From: a virus
Lineage: Duplodnaviria > Caudoviricetes
Virus record (IMG/VR): IMGVR_UViG_3300045000_000015
Span: 1 to 50,090 of that record
Reading direction: 5' to 3' (one strand)
DNA length: 50,090 nucleotides
Position 1 is the first letter of the stretch; every line of letters starts with the position of its first letter. Of the stretch, positions 26,373 to 35,078 are shown one piece after another. The notes under the pieces were generated by a model, which saw only the letters and a list, made by a program, of their open reading frames with translations, had not been told where the DNA came from and did no database searches. Position numbers and translations under genes: made by a program.

Positions 26373-27158
26373 ATGGGGCAACCATTCTGGGAACAGACCA
26401 CGCCCGAGGGCAATGTCGCAGCGTACATCCGGCGCTTGGAAGCGCGTATTCGTGCTCTGGAAACCCGCACTATTTACCTGCCGTTCCTGGATACCGACCC
26501 TGACCCGAATACGGCCGGCAACTTCTGGATGTACAACGACAACCGTCTTCGCATCCGCAAGCCTGACGGCACGATCCGGGAAATCGTCACAACGGCACCA
26601 GCTGGTGGAGGGTCAGGTACACCACTCCCACCACCACCAGCGCAGCCTAAGACACGCTCAACGACGTGGGCGGCTGCATGGTCTCAACCGTACAGGCAGA
26701 ACGGTGCGAAGAGGACCGACAGTAACCGGCTATTCGTCGGTTACGCGGACTCGTTCAACGGCCGGCAGACAGCGCTAGTGGGTATGCCGACGAGCGTTCA
26801 GAGCACCCTCGCTGGCTCCACTATCAACAAGGTCGAAGTGTGGCTGTACTGCCTGCATGCCTATTGGAATAACGGCATGACGTGTTACTTCGGCACGTCC
26901 ACAAATACCAGTGAGCCAGGCTCGCTCCCCGGATTGTCACACAGCCAGAAGGCATCGGCGACATTTAAGGGAGCGGACAAGGGTGGCGGAGGAAAGTGGG
27001 TCACCCTGCCGAACTCGTTCGGCCAGTGGTTCAGGGACGGCTCAGCAAAGGCATTAGCGTTACAGGCACCGAGTAGTTCGAGCACCTATTACGGCTACTT
27101 CGGTGGTGTCGGTTCCGGTAGCCCAGTCCCGCAAATGCGGATCACATACACCAAATGA
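26373..27158 (+). CDS. Minor tail protein
   Basis: LEARIRALE coiled coil, Pro linker, C-terminal PQMRITY. Confidence 0.7.
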   Translation: MGQPFWEQTTPEGNVAAYIRRLEARIRALETRTIYLPFLDTDPDPNTAGNFWMYNDNRLRIRKPDGTIREIVTTAPAGGGSGTPLPPPPAQPKTRSTTWAAAWSQPYRQNGAKRTDSNRLFVGYADSFNGRQTALVGMPTSVQSTLAGSTINKVEVWLYCLHAYWNNGMTCYFGTSTNTSEPGSLPGLSHSQKASATFKGADKGGGGKWVTLPNSFGQWFRDGSAKALALQAPSSSSTYYGYFGGVGSGSPVPQMRITYTK

Positions 27159-27172
27159 GTGGGAGGGTCTAA

Positions 27173-27859
27173 ATGGGGCACGTAGTTGGTGAGTACGGTT
27201 TGGACTACGCATGGTCGCACCCACCGATCAATACAATGTGGGCATCTGGTTACCGGTTCGTGATGCGATATCTCAGCTGGCTGCCTAACGGCAAAGTCCT
27301 GAGCAAGTCAGAGTACAACGCGCTTCGGGCCAAGGGCTTTGCAATCGGGCTTAACTGGGAGTTTGATACCAGCGATCAGCTCCGCGGAGCCTCCGGGGGC
27401 AGAGTTGACGCGACCGAAGCCAAGCGCCAGATGAAAGCCATCGGAGTGCCGAACGGTACCGTCTGCTGGTTCTCAGCGGACTGGGATGTCAGTGCGTCTC
27501 AGCTCCCTACCGTCCGCGCTTACTGGGCCGCAGCAAACGCGGCCCTCTCTCCGAATTACCGCGTCGGGGTTTACGGCGGCCACCGTGCGGTCACTGACGC
27601 GCTCAATCATGGCTACTGGGGTTGGCAGACGTACGCCTGGAGCTACGGAGTCTGGGACCCTCGTGCCCACGTCCGGCAGATTCTCAATGGCATCCGCGTC
27701 GGTGGTGCGGACTGTGACCGGAATCAGCTCAAGAGGCTTAATGCCGCCCTGGTGGGGCTCTCCACTGCTGTACCAGTCCCCGTGCCGGCTCCGAAGCCGG
27801 TTCCTGTGCCGATTCCCTATCGACGCCCTGTCATCCTGCGACTAGTAAAGGAGGCATAA
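27173..27859 (+). CDS. Endolysin, DUF1906/GH25-like glycoside hydrolase
   Basis: GLDY, FVMRYLS, WFSADWD, VGVYGG, WQTYAWS motifs; Pro-rich linker at the C-terminus. Confidence 0.85.
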   Translation: MGHVVGEYGLDYAWSHPPINTMWASGYRFVMRYLSWLPNGKVLSKSEYNALRAKGFAIGLNWEFDTSDQLRGASGGRVDATEAKRQMKAIGVPNGTVCWFSADWDVSASQLPTVRAYWAAANAALSPNYRVGVYGGHRAVTDALNHGYWGWQTYAWSYGVWDPRAHVRQILNGIRVGGADCDRNQLKRLNAALVGLSTAVPVPVPAPKPVPVPIPYRRPVILRLVKEA

Positions 27860-28074
27860 TGACTGCCCCGACTCCCCTGCCTGACGAACTCCGCTCTGTA
27901 ATCAAGTATTCGAAGGCGTCTGCGGTCATCTTCGGTGTATGGAAGAACGGCACTATCCGCGCTCTGCTCTTCGGTGAGTGGGAAGACATGGGCAAGCCAA
28001 CTCCGAAGGAAGCCGCTTCCGCGGCAGAGTACGCCGCCCTGGTTTCCTACGACGCTGCGCTGAGGAAGCCGTGA
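27859..28074 (+). CDS. Small protein, possible separate endolysin cell-wall-binding subunit
   Basis: AAGGAGG RBS and TAATG coupling right after the endolysin Pro linker. Confidence 0.55.
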   Translation: MTAPTPLPDELRSVIKYSKASAVIFGVWKNGTIRALLFGEWEDMGKPTPKEAASAAEYAALVSYDAALRKP

Positions 28075-28331
28075 TGCTGAGTAAGTACACGAAGTCTATC
28101 GTTGCGGCCCTAGTCGCTGGTCTCGGTTCCCTACAGGTCGCACTCGTCGATAACGTGGTCTCCACTACCGAATGGATCACGGTTGGATCGGCCGTTCTGG
28201 CAGCTCTCGGTTTCGTGTGGGGCGTGGCGAACACCAAGGAGCCGGCTGAGGTTCCTGCTGAGCCGGCTCCCGTGCCCGACGTCTCCGATCCGGGGGTCGA
28301 GTCCGTTCACCTCACCAACGGTTTCGAGTAG
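28071..28331 (+). CDS. Holin
   Basis: YTKSIVAALVAGL...EW...LAALGFVWGVAN two-TM actinophage holin pattern. Confidence 0.8.
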   Translation: MMLSKYTKSIVAALVAGLGSLQVALVDNVVSTTEWITVGSAVLAALGFVWGVANTKEPAEVPAEPAPVPDVSDPGVESVHLTNGFE

Positions 28332-28385
28332 TCCGGCCAACCCGGTGCGTCCCTTGATGTAGCCCCCTTCACCGAGGGAACGACA

Positions 28386-28430
28386 ACAGCCCCCTACCCG
28401 GCGCCCACAAGGCGTCAGGTAGGGGGCTGT
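28386..28430. terminator. Putative bidirectional terminator at the convergence of the arms
   Basis: 13-bp perfect stem ACAGCCCCCTACC/GGTAGGGGGCTGT. Confidence 0.7.
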
Positions 28431-28468
28431 CTGTGTCTGTAGGAGCCTCTGTAGCTTGATCAACATGG

Positions 28469-28789
28469 CTACCCTACCGGAGGGACGACCCATGCTTGAA
28501 CTAGAGCCAGCGTGGGCGCCTGAGCGCTACGTTTCCCGATGGGATCGGATGGCGCTGCCCCATCACGATGGACCACGCCCAAGCGGCAGGTCTTCGCGTA
28601 CCGGCAATCCCGCTTGCACGCGATGCACGTCCCGACGTCCCGCGCGCCGTCCGGGCGCCGTTGGAACTGGTAGACGTGCTGCCTCAGCTGGCAACAGGCA
28701 CAGGTCGCTGAGGCTGTCGTGAACCCTTCGACCTGGCGCCCGCTGACTCGGTCCTTGGTTCGCTCCGCGGGCGGCTTCCACAGCCTCAC
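28469..28789 (-). CDS. Cys-rich (zinc-finger-like) hypothetical protein
   Basis: CACC...CIAC..C; GTGA coupling. Confidence 0.5.
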   Translation of the reverse strand: MRLWKPPAERTKDRVSGRQVEGFTTASATCACCQLRQHVYQFQRRPDGARDVGTCIACKRDCRYAKTCRLGVVHRDGAAPSDPIGKRSAQAPTLALVQAWVVPPVG

Positions 28790-28914
28790 AGCCAGACCAC
28801 CAACCACACCAGGATCAGCGTGCCGAACGCGATCCCAAGCGGCACCGCGCCAATCCGCAAGCCTAGCCAGAGGTCAGCCAGCCACCACCGCATTTCCCGG
28901 CGCCAGGCACTCAC
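28786..28914 (-). CDS. 42-aa membrane peptide
   Basis: MSAWRREMRWWLADLWLGLRIGAVPLGIAFGTLILVWLVVWL; coupled at both ends. Confidence 0.5.
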   Translation of the reverse strand: MSAWRREMRWWLADLWLGLRIGAVPLGIAFGTLILVWLVVWL

Positions 28915-29204
28915 TTTGTGACACCGAGAGTGTGGCGTATGTCGGTGGATTCGAGACCACGCAAGATCTGCCTTTTGATCCTCCCCGGAACAAAGACGCG
29001 GAAGTGCACCAACCGCGTTACTGGCTGCGAAGGGTAGCTATCGGGCAGACAATCGGTGCCATCGCTGGTCATGACAACTTCCACACGGAAGCGACCACTG
29101 TGGTAACCGTCGCGATCAGCGTCCAGCCCCAGCGCTGACAGCTTGGCCAGCGCGCCCGTCAGTTCGGACATGGAGCGTGCCTGTACCCACTCCCCGCGTG
29201 TCAC
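28911..29204 (-). CDS. Hypothetical protein
   Basis: GGGAGG RBS; operon packing. Confidence 0.6.
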   Translation of the reverse strand: MTRGEWVQARSMSELTGALAKLSALGLDADRDGYHSGRFRVEVVMTSDGTDCLPDSYPSQPVTRLVHFRVFVPGRIKRQILRGLESTDIRHTLGVTK

Positions 29205-29334
29205 TTTGCCTCCCGCTTAGGCCGCCTTGGCTTCCGCTCGTGCTTGGGCTCCTCGTCCCGCTCACGCTGCCGCCAGAAGGCGGCTTCCTCTTTGGACATC
29301 CGCTCGTAGCGGCGATTCCGTCTAGGCATAGCGC

Positions 29335-29688
29335 TTAGGAAGCGGTGGGGACGAATAGGGGCGGCAGGGACGCTCGCCTAGTTGCGGGGGGCTGCGCACT
29401 CTCTATGCGCCGGAGCTGCTGGAGCTTCAACACCCCCGCGGCTGACGCTGCCGCCATCGCGGCAAGCTGGATCAGCTCCTCAATCAGCTTGTCTACATTG
29501 CCCTCGTCGTACGTCATGGCGCGCGCCACCTCGCCCAGCTCCTCCACCACGATCACGAGCCGGTCCGGGTTGGACATCTTGTGCCACGACGGCACGTGGT
29601 CTATCCCGTGCTTGGCCTTGGCGCGCTCGTGCTCCTTGAAGACCCGATCGAGCACGTCATCAAATACGGTCACTGTTGTTTCACCCAT
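29335..29688 (-). CDS. MazG-like nucleotide pyrophosphohydrolase
   Basis: VEELGEVARA...EELIQLAAMA helical motif. Confidence 0.7.
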   Translation of the reverse strand: MGETTVTVFDDVLDRVFKEHERAKAKHGIDHVPSWHKMSNPDRLVIVVEELGEVARAMTYDEGNVDKLIEELIQLAAMAAASAAGVLKLQQLRRIESAQPPATRRASLPPLFVPTAS

Positions 29689-29960
29689 CCGTCAATTAGT
29701 TCAACACCAAGCTTGCGGACCCCATGTGCCAGCGCGTCACGCGCTCCAAGGCGCGTCTGGTACAGCTCCTCAGAGGACAGATGTAGCGCCGCTCCGTAGA
29801 CCTTCCCCGCGTGCAGCAGGGTTACAGTCAGCCTTACTCCATCCTCATCCATCGGAGGAAGGTCTTCTAATACTTCTCTAGCCTCCGGCACTGAAGTCCC
29901 CCCTCCGCCTGGCTCGGACATCGCCCCACTCGGCCAGCTCCACGAAGCTGTACAGGCCAA
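29670..29960 (-). CDS. Hypothetical protein (true start probably downstream)
   Basis: Operon packing. Confidence 0.45.
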   Translation of the reverse strand: MACTASWSWPSGAMSEPGGGGTSVPEAREVLEDLPPMDEDGVRLTVTLLHAGKVYGAALHLSSEELYQTRLGARDALAHGVRKLGVELIDGWVKQQ

Positions 29961-30195
29961 ACGTCAATGGCTGCCCGTCATCGTCCGCGGTCTCCGGATA
30001 GGCGAACTCAACACGCGTGGGGTAGTCGAAGATCCAGGCGTACGTCTCAAAATCGCGCCAAGGGATGGTTACCCATCCGTGCTCTTGGGCCGCCCGGTAG
30101 ACGCGCTCCATCCGCAGGAAGTTCAGGCACGCTTGCATCCTGAGGTCACGGGCCAACTTCTCGTCTTCGGTCAGCTTGGGGCCACGCTGCCTCAT
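29878..30195 (-). CDS. Hypothetical protein
   Basis: Operon packing, natural composition. Confidence 0.55.
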   Translation of the reverse strand: MRQRGPKLTEDEKLARDLRMQACLNFLRMERVYRAAQEHGWVTIPWRDFETYAWIFDYPTRVEFAYPETADDDGQPLTFGLYSFVELAEWGDVRARRRGDFSAGG

Positions 30196-30521
30196 AGGAC
30201 TCTTTTCCAGTTAAACTGCCACTTGCCACCAAGCGTGTTCTGATACCCATAGACCTTGCGACGTGTGCCAGTCACGTATGCCCACCACCGGGCACGCTCC
30301 ATTGCGTGTTCCCAGCTACCGCGCGTTGCGTGTTCCCATTTACCTTGCCGCACGTCGAGCCTTCCTGGCCGCGCGTCGCTTCGCCGTAGCCACGCGGTTC
30401 ACACCGTGCGTCGCTGGCTTGCCAAGCCGCTTCATGGCCCGCAGGAACCACACCCGGCGCATGGTCTCGGCAACCCGGAGCTTGTGCAGAGCCTCTATCT
30501 GGCGCTGAACCTCCGGTTCGT

Positions 30522-30815
30522 TTAGCTGTACGTTAATGACGGTTCCCCCGGTCCTTCACAGTCACATTGGACCTTCCCTGGCCGCACGATCTGCAAGGTG
30601 CAGTCAGGCGAACACTTCGCGTACCCGAGCTGCCCGCCCTCTTCCCAGAGGATGCCGTGCTCAAAACCCGGCTCAGCCTTTCGTCGCACGAGCAACGTCA
30701 CGCCGCATACGTTGGTTCCGGAGTAGACCTCCACCGACGTACCAGGAATTGGTGTCCACTCCTTGGCTGGGACGTTGATCTGTTCGAACTCAGGCGATGC
30801 TGTCGGCGAACCCAT
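30522..30815 (-). CDS. Hypothetical protein
   Basis: Operon packing; C-terminal CSPDC...QCDC. Confidence 0.5.
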   Translation of the reverse strand: MGSPTASPEFEQINVPAKEWTPIPGTSVEVYSGTNVCGVTLLVRRKAEPGFEHGILWEEGGQLGYAKCSPDCTLQIVRPGKVQCDCEGPGEPSLTYS

Positions 30816-31452
30816 ACTTGACCGCTTCTGCCGCGGACATCCACCAATCGCGGCGTGACGCCCGGTTTTTGATCTGCTTCTGGCTCAGCGTCGAGCGGTC
30901 GGCGAGAATCGCTAGCCCCTGGTCCATCATGCGCGAGACAAGGTCCACCTCGTCTTGCAGTTCAGAGAACTTGCCGATGGCTCCCGCGCTCATCTCATGA
31001 ACCATGAACCAGGAATTGGGAGTCATGATGCGCTTCGTACCGGCCTGCATCATCACCCCAGCCATGCTGGCCGCGTAGCCGTAGCACTTCGTAGTGATCT
31101 TGAGCCCCGCGGCACGTGCCTCCAAAAGGGAGTCGTAGAGCGCGAAGCCCGCCAGCACGTAGCCCCCTGGCGAGTTGATTTCCAGCGTGACCTCTTTGAC
31201 GTCACCAACGGCCATGTACCGCCGAACGTTCTCGGCCAGGTATCGCGCTGAGTGGTCATCGACAGTGCCCAGGTTCAGCACCCGACGTGCCTCGTTATTC
31301 GTGTCGAGATACTCCACTTCGGAGCGCAGCTTGCGGGTTTCAAGTTCCGCCTTCAGCGTCTCCGCGGCGAGCTTGCGGAGCTCGAACTCTTCCTTGGCTT
31401 CTGCGACCGTCAAGGTCTCGACTGTCTTCTTAGGCACTAAGAACCGTCCCAT
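30790..31452 (-). CDS. clpP: ClpP-family protease
   Basis: INSPGG, GYAASMA (catalytic Ser), FMVH (His), DWWMSAAEAVKYGFAD. Confidence 0.88.
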   Translation of the reverse strand: MGRFLVPKKTVETLTVAEAKEEFELRKLAAETLKAELETRKLRSEVEYLDTNNEARRVLNLGTVDDHSARYLAENVRRYMAVGDVKEVTLEINSPGGYVLAGFALYDSLLEARAAGLKITTKCYGYAASMAGVMMQAGTKRIMTPNSWFMVHEMSAGAIGKFSELQDEVDLVSRMMDQGLAILADRSTLSQKQIKNRASRRDWWMSAAEAVKYGFADSIA

Positions 31453-31645
31453 CTGGACTAATGATTTTGGCTTCTGAAGGAATAAAGCTCGTGATGCGGT
31501 AGTACTGGACCCCGGGAGCTGTGCGCAGGAAGTAGAACACTCGGTGCTCCACCGGGTCTGTGTGCTCCGCGGCCAACAGGCTGTAGCCGACCTCTGGGTG
31601 TAAGCACATGAACCGCGTGGGGGTCATCGTGCCGTCGTCACTCAT
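31430..31645 (-). CDS. Hypothetical protein
   Basis: Operon packing. Confidence 0.5.
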   Translation of the reverse strand: MSDDGTMTPTRFMCLHPEVGYSLLAAEHTDPVEHRVFYFLRTAPGVQYYRITSFIPSEAKIISPDGTVLSA

Positions 31646-31945
31646 CAGTCAAAGTCCCAACCAAACACCACCATGGGAACAGGGCACACATATAGCTTTC
31701 GCCCCATGGGCGTATCGTCGTAGTACGCTCCCACCCAGAAGTCGTACCACTTAAATGAGACGCTGAGTCGCCTGCCTAGTCTCACGTCGCGACACGCTCC
31801 CAAGCCCAGGACAGTGGGCCAAGAACTAGGTCCACTTGCTGACCGTCATCGTTTTTTGTCCAAACGAAGCCCAGCCCAAAGAACCGGCTGTACTCATTCG
31901 AGCGGTCAAACCCGAGAAACCACCAATGGTGCTGCGTCTTTTTAC

Positions 31946-32677
31946 TCACGCCGCAACTCCCCTCTGATCCGCGCGTATGAGGGAGCGTCCGGAACGCGTC
32001 CACACTCCACACCCACGGCACTGGTACCGCTGGAACTTTCCCACGGCCGTGAACGCGTACCCCTCTCGCCGGAGATCTTCACCACCGCAGTTCGGGCACA
32101 CGGTTGTGTCGTCAGCCAACAGCCCGGTGTGCGGATGGTTGGTGATCCAGGGCCGGAGCGCTAGGTAAAGCGTCTCTAGTAGACGCACGTCTTGCTTGTT
32201 GTACCGCTCCATCGTCCGCCACGCCGTGTCATCGCCAGCCAGGCACTTGACCCAGAGTTCGTGTCCCTCGTGCTTGACCTTCGATCCGATCCCAAGCGCC
32301 GTGGCCACGTAGTCCAGCTTGTTGGACGGGAAACGGAAGCGACGCTTGACGACTTCCAAGAGGTCGATCTGCTGCGAAGGTGCCGGAGGCTTCATACCCG
32401 CCAGCAGAAATTCCTTGTGCAGCGTCGGCACGTCGAACCGCTTGCCGTTGTAGTGCACGAGCACGTCAGCCGCGGACATCAGTTCGTGTGCCGCGGCGAG
32501 CATGTCAGGGTCATCGGCTCGCCAGAAGTTGACCTTCCGCTCACCGTGCCACTTGGCTGCAAAACACATCATCCACGATGACTCGCGAAGCTGGGAGAGC
32601 GATACATTTTGCTGCCACAAGCCCCAGACGTGCGCGATGTTCGGCGCAGTCTCTATATCGATGTGCAGTATTCTCAT
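31946..32677 (-). CDS. RNase H-like (DnaQ/DEDD) exonuclease with C-terminal zinc ribbon
   Basis: IDIET, HYNGKRFD, SNKLDY, YNKQDV, CPNC...CRGC; start at ATG 32677. Confidence 0.85.
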   Translation of the reverse strand: MRILHIDIETAPNIAHVWGLWQQNVSLSQLRESSWMMCFAAKWHGERKVNFWRADDPDMLAAAHELMSAADVLVHYNGKRFDVPTLHKEFLLAGMKPPAPSQQIDLLEVVKRRFRFPSNKLDYVATALGIGSKVKHEGHELWVKCLAGDDTAWRTMERYNKQDVRLLETLYLALRPWITNHPHTGLLADDTTVCPNCGGEDLRREGYAFTAVGKFQRYQCRGCGVWTRSGRSLIRADQRGVAA

Positions 32678-32882
32678 AGACCCCTTCTGGCTATGCCGCA
32701 TAGATGTTCTGAGTAGAGCCGTCCGCGTGGTGGCTTCCCCGGGGGAAACCAAGCAGTGCAGTAGAGCTGGGACTCACCGCGCCAGACGTTCACGACGATG
32801 CGTGAGTACCGGCCTAGGACCAACGCGTCGCGGTACGGCACGGAGTAGCGGCAGAGCCGGAGCCTCAGCCCGGAGCAGTGCG

Positions 32883-33098
32883 CTAGGACGATGGTGTTGT
32901 CACACCAGGGGCAGGCGTCGAGCCAGGCTCTACCGTCTTGGAACTGCACTCTTCCTCCCCCAGTACCGTGGCGTCCCAGCAGCCGTAGCCGGTGCAGCCT
33001 CCGGGTTGGTGTAAGACCTCAATCTCTAGCGTGGTGCCAGGTAGGAAGTCCGCGGCATCCCGCTCATCTATCTCGATCACAAGCCTTACTTTGTCCAC
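32883..33098 (-). CDS. Hypothetical protein
   Basis: Overlap-coupled to polA. Confidence 0.5.
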   Translation of the reverse strand: MDKVRLVIEIDERDAADFLPGTTLEIEVLHQPGGCTGYGCWDATVLGEEECSSKTVEPGSTPAPGVTTPSS

Positions 33099-34930
33099 CG
33101 TTCCCCCTTGATCTCCGCCTCAGTCACGATCGGCACGCCTTTGAACACAGTGGACATTGCGTCAGCCACCTCGCGAGAGATCTCCTCCGCATCCTTGGCG
33201 GGCACGCTGAGCACGGTCTCGTCATGGACCACAAGCCGGAGCATGTCACCAAGCCCCCGCTTGTGAATCTCGTTGATCCCAGCAGCGAAGATGTCTCGCG
33301 CCGGAGATTGGATCGCGTAGTTCGGGCCAGCGTGCGGGAGGTCCACCAAGAGCTGTCGACCCGTGGCAGTCACCAAAAGGTTGTTGCCCGCATCGATCTT
33401 CCGCTTGACACCGTTGCCCCACGCAGCAACCCGAGGGAAGCGCATGTGTAGCGCACGGAGCGCCTTTGAGATGTTGGCCAGCGATGGCGTGTTCTCCGGG
33501 TACGCCTCGATCATCTGCTGTCGGATGCCCTTCGCGCGTCCCATGTAGATGTACCCGAAGCCCACACCCTTGCCGACGTTGCGCTGTTCCTTGGTGTAGC
33601 CCGGCCCGTACATCGCGGTGGCAGCGATCGAGTGCAGATCCTCATCGTCAAGGATGGCCTGTATCAGCCCCTTATCCTGGCTCACAGCAGCCGCTACCCG
33701 GAACTCAACCTGTGCGTAGTCGACGCAGAGGATAGTCTCGCCAGGCTCCGCGATCAGGCACCCTCGGATGAGCTTGTCTTGCCGCGGGAGCTGCTGTAGC
33801 GGAGGGTCTGATATGGACATGCGCGCTGTCGCAGCCTGCATAGGCCGCACGTTCGGGTGTACCCGTCCGTCTCGGCCCAAGTTGTCCCGCATGCCGCGGA
33901 TGTAGTCCCCGTAGTGCTTGTTCCGCTTGGCGTCCAAGACCGCTTGAGCAAGCTCGCGTACATCGCCATCCATGAGCGCGAACGCACTTAGCACCTCTTT
34001 GTCAAGGCTCTTCTGTGGTATGCCGCGCTTCCCACCGGCGGTCATCTTCGGCCAGGGCTTGACCCCCAGCTCTTCGAACCGCCGGACCAACGACTTGGCG
34101 GAGGTGGAGGCGTACGTAGCTGTCCTGACGACATCCCAGGTGTTCTCTAACTCGTGCTCAGCGTCATAGGCCAGGTGGTCAAACTGCTGTTCCGAGCGAC
34201 TAGCCCACTGTGGATCGAACGCCATGCCCTTGCGCTGCATCTGGATGATGCGTCCGGCTAGCGCCTTCTCAAACCTGGCGAACTTCGCCATGCCTCGCGC
34301 GGCCACAGCAGCGGAGAGCACTGGCGCCAGGCGCGCAGTCAGGAAGACATCTTGTCCGGCATAGATCAGATACGGCTCGTTGTCTACCGGGAGCTGCCGC
34401 CAGATGTCCGCAGCCTTTATCTTGAGCTTCCGGCCCTCTTCCACCATGGCCGTGCGGGCTTCCTTCTTGGCCCACGGCAGCCCTAGGTAGTGCGCGGCGC
34501 ACGCGCCGAGCCCGTGCCCGATGCCGCCCTTTTGGGGGGGACGAGGGTCCAGGAGCCTCGACAGAACCTCAGTGTCCTGCGCTCCGGCCATCGTCTCGTC
34601 ACAGTCGAGCCCCATGGACTGTTCAAGGTGCTGGGCGTCAAATGGCGCGTTGTGCCAGTACGCCTCTGCGGTCATGTCCGCGATCGCCTGAGCGTGCCAC
34701 TCGGGGCGTAGTATCCACGCCTCGTCAGCAGTCCCCACCTGAACGATACGCACCATGTCTCCGGCGTACATCCGGAGCCCCTGGGTCTCCGTGTCAGCCG
34801 CCCACCACGTTGTGCCCTCCCGTAGCCGGTACAGGGCGTCGAGCCGATCATCAGGCCCGGGAACGTGAACCGTCCCCAGTGGATGGCTAAGAGTGCGCAA
34901 GGAACCATTCCAAGAAGGCCCGGTCTTCAT
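33086..34930 (-). CDS. polA: DNA polymerase I (family A) with 3'-5' exonuclease domain
   Basis: ExoI DTET, ExoII HNAPFD, ExoIII YAGQD; DYAQVEFR, R..GK..GFG..Y, VHDE. Confidence 0.95.
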   Translation of the reverse strand: MKTGPSWNGSLRTLSHPLGTVHVPGPDDRLDALYRLREGTTWWAADTETQGLRMYAGDMVRIVQVGTADEAWILRPEWHAQAIADMTAEAYWHNAPFDAQHLEQSMGLDCDETMAGAQDTEVLSRLLDPRPPQKGGIGHGLGACAAHYLGLPWAKKEARTAMVEEGRKLKIKAADIWRQLPVDNEPYLIYAGQDVFLTARLAPVLSAAVAARGMAKFARFEKALAGRIIQMQRKGMAFDPQWASRSEQQFDHLAYDAEHELENTWDVVRTATYASTSAKSLVRRFEELGVKPWPKMTAGGKRGIPQKSLDKEVLSAFALMDGDVRELAQAVLDAKRNKHYGDYIRGMRDNLGRDGRVHPNVRPMQAATARMSISDPPLQQLPRQDKLIRGCLIAEPGETILCVDYAQVEFRVAAAVSQDKGLIQAILDDEDLHSIAATAMYGPGYTKEQRNVGKGVGFGYIYMGRAKGIRQQMIEAYPENTPSLANISKALRALHMRFPRVAAWGNGVKRKIDAGNNLLVTATGRQLLVDLPHAGPNYAIQSPARDIFAAGINEIHKRGLGDMLRLVVHDETVLSVPAKDAEEISREVADAMSTVFKGVPIVTEAEIKGERWTK

Positions 34931-35078
34931 CGGTCAGCGTGCGACAGATGAAGCAGCCACACGTCTTGCGATGATTGCCGAACTTCTTGAGCAGCCGTTC
35001 CAACATGGAGACTGAGGAGTAGTCGTACTGGTCAACTGTCAGGGAGTCGTTGGACTCCTCCGTAGCGCCACTGTTCAC
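34887..35078 (-). CDS. Hypothetical protein
   Basis: Coupled to the primase-helicase stop; HxxxCxCxxC. Confidence 0.5.
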   Translation of the reverse strand: MNSGATEESNDSLTVDQYDYSSVSMLERLLKKFGNHRKTCGCFICRTLTDEDRAFLEWFLAHS

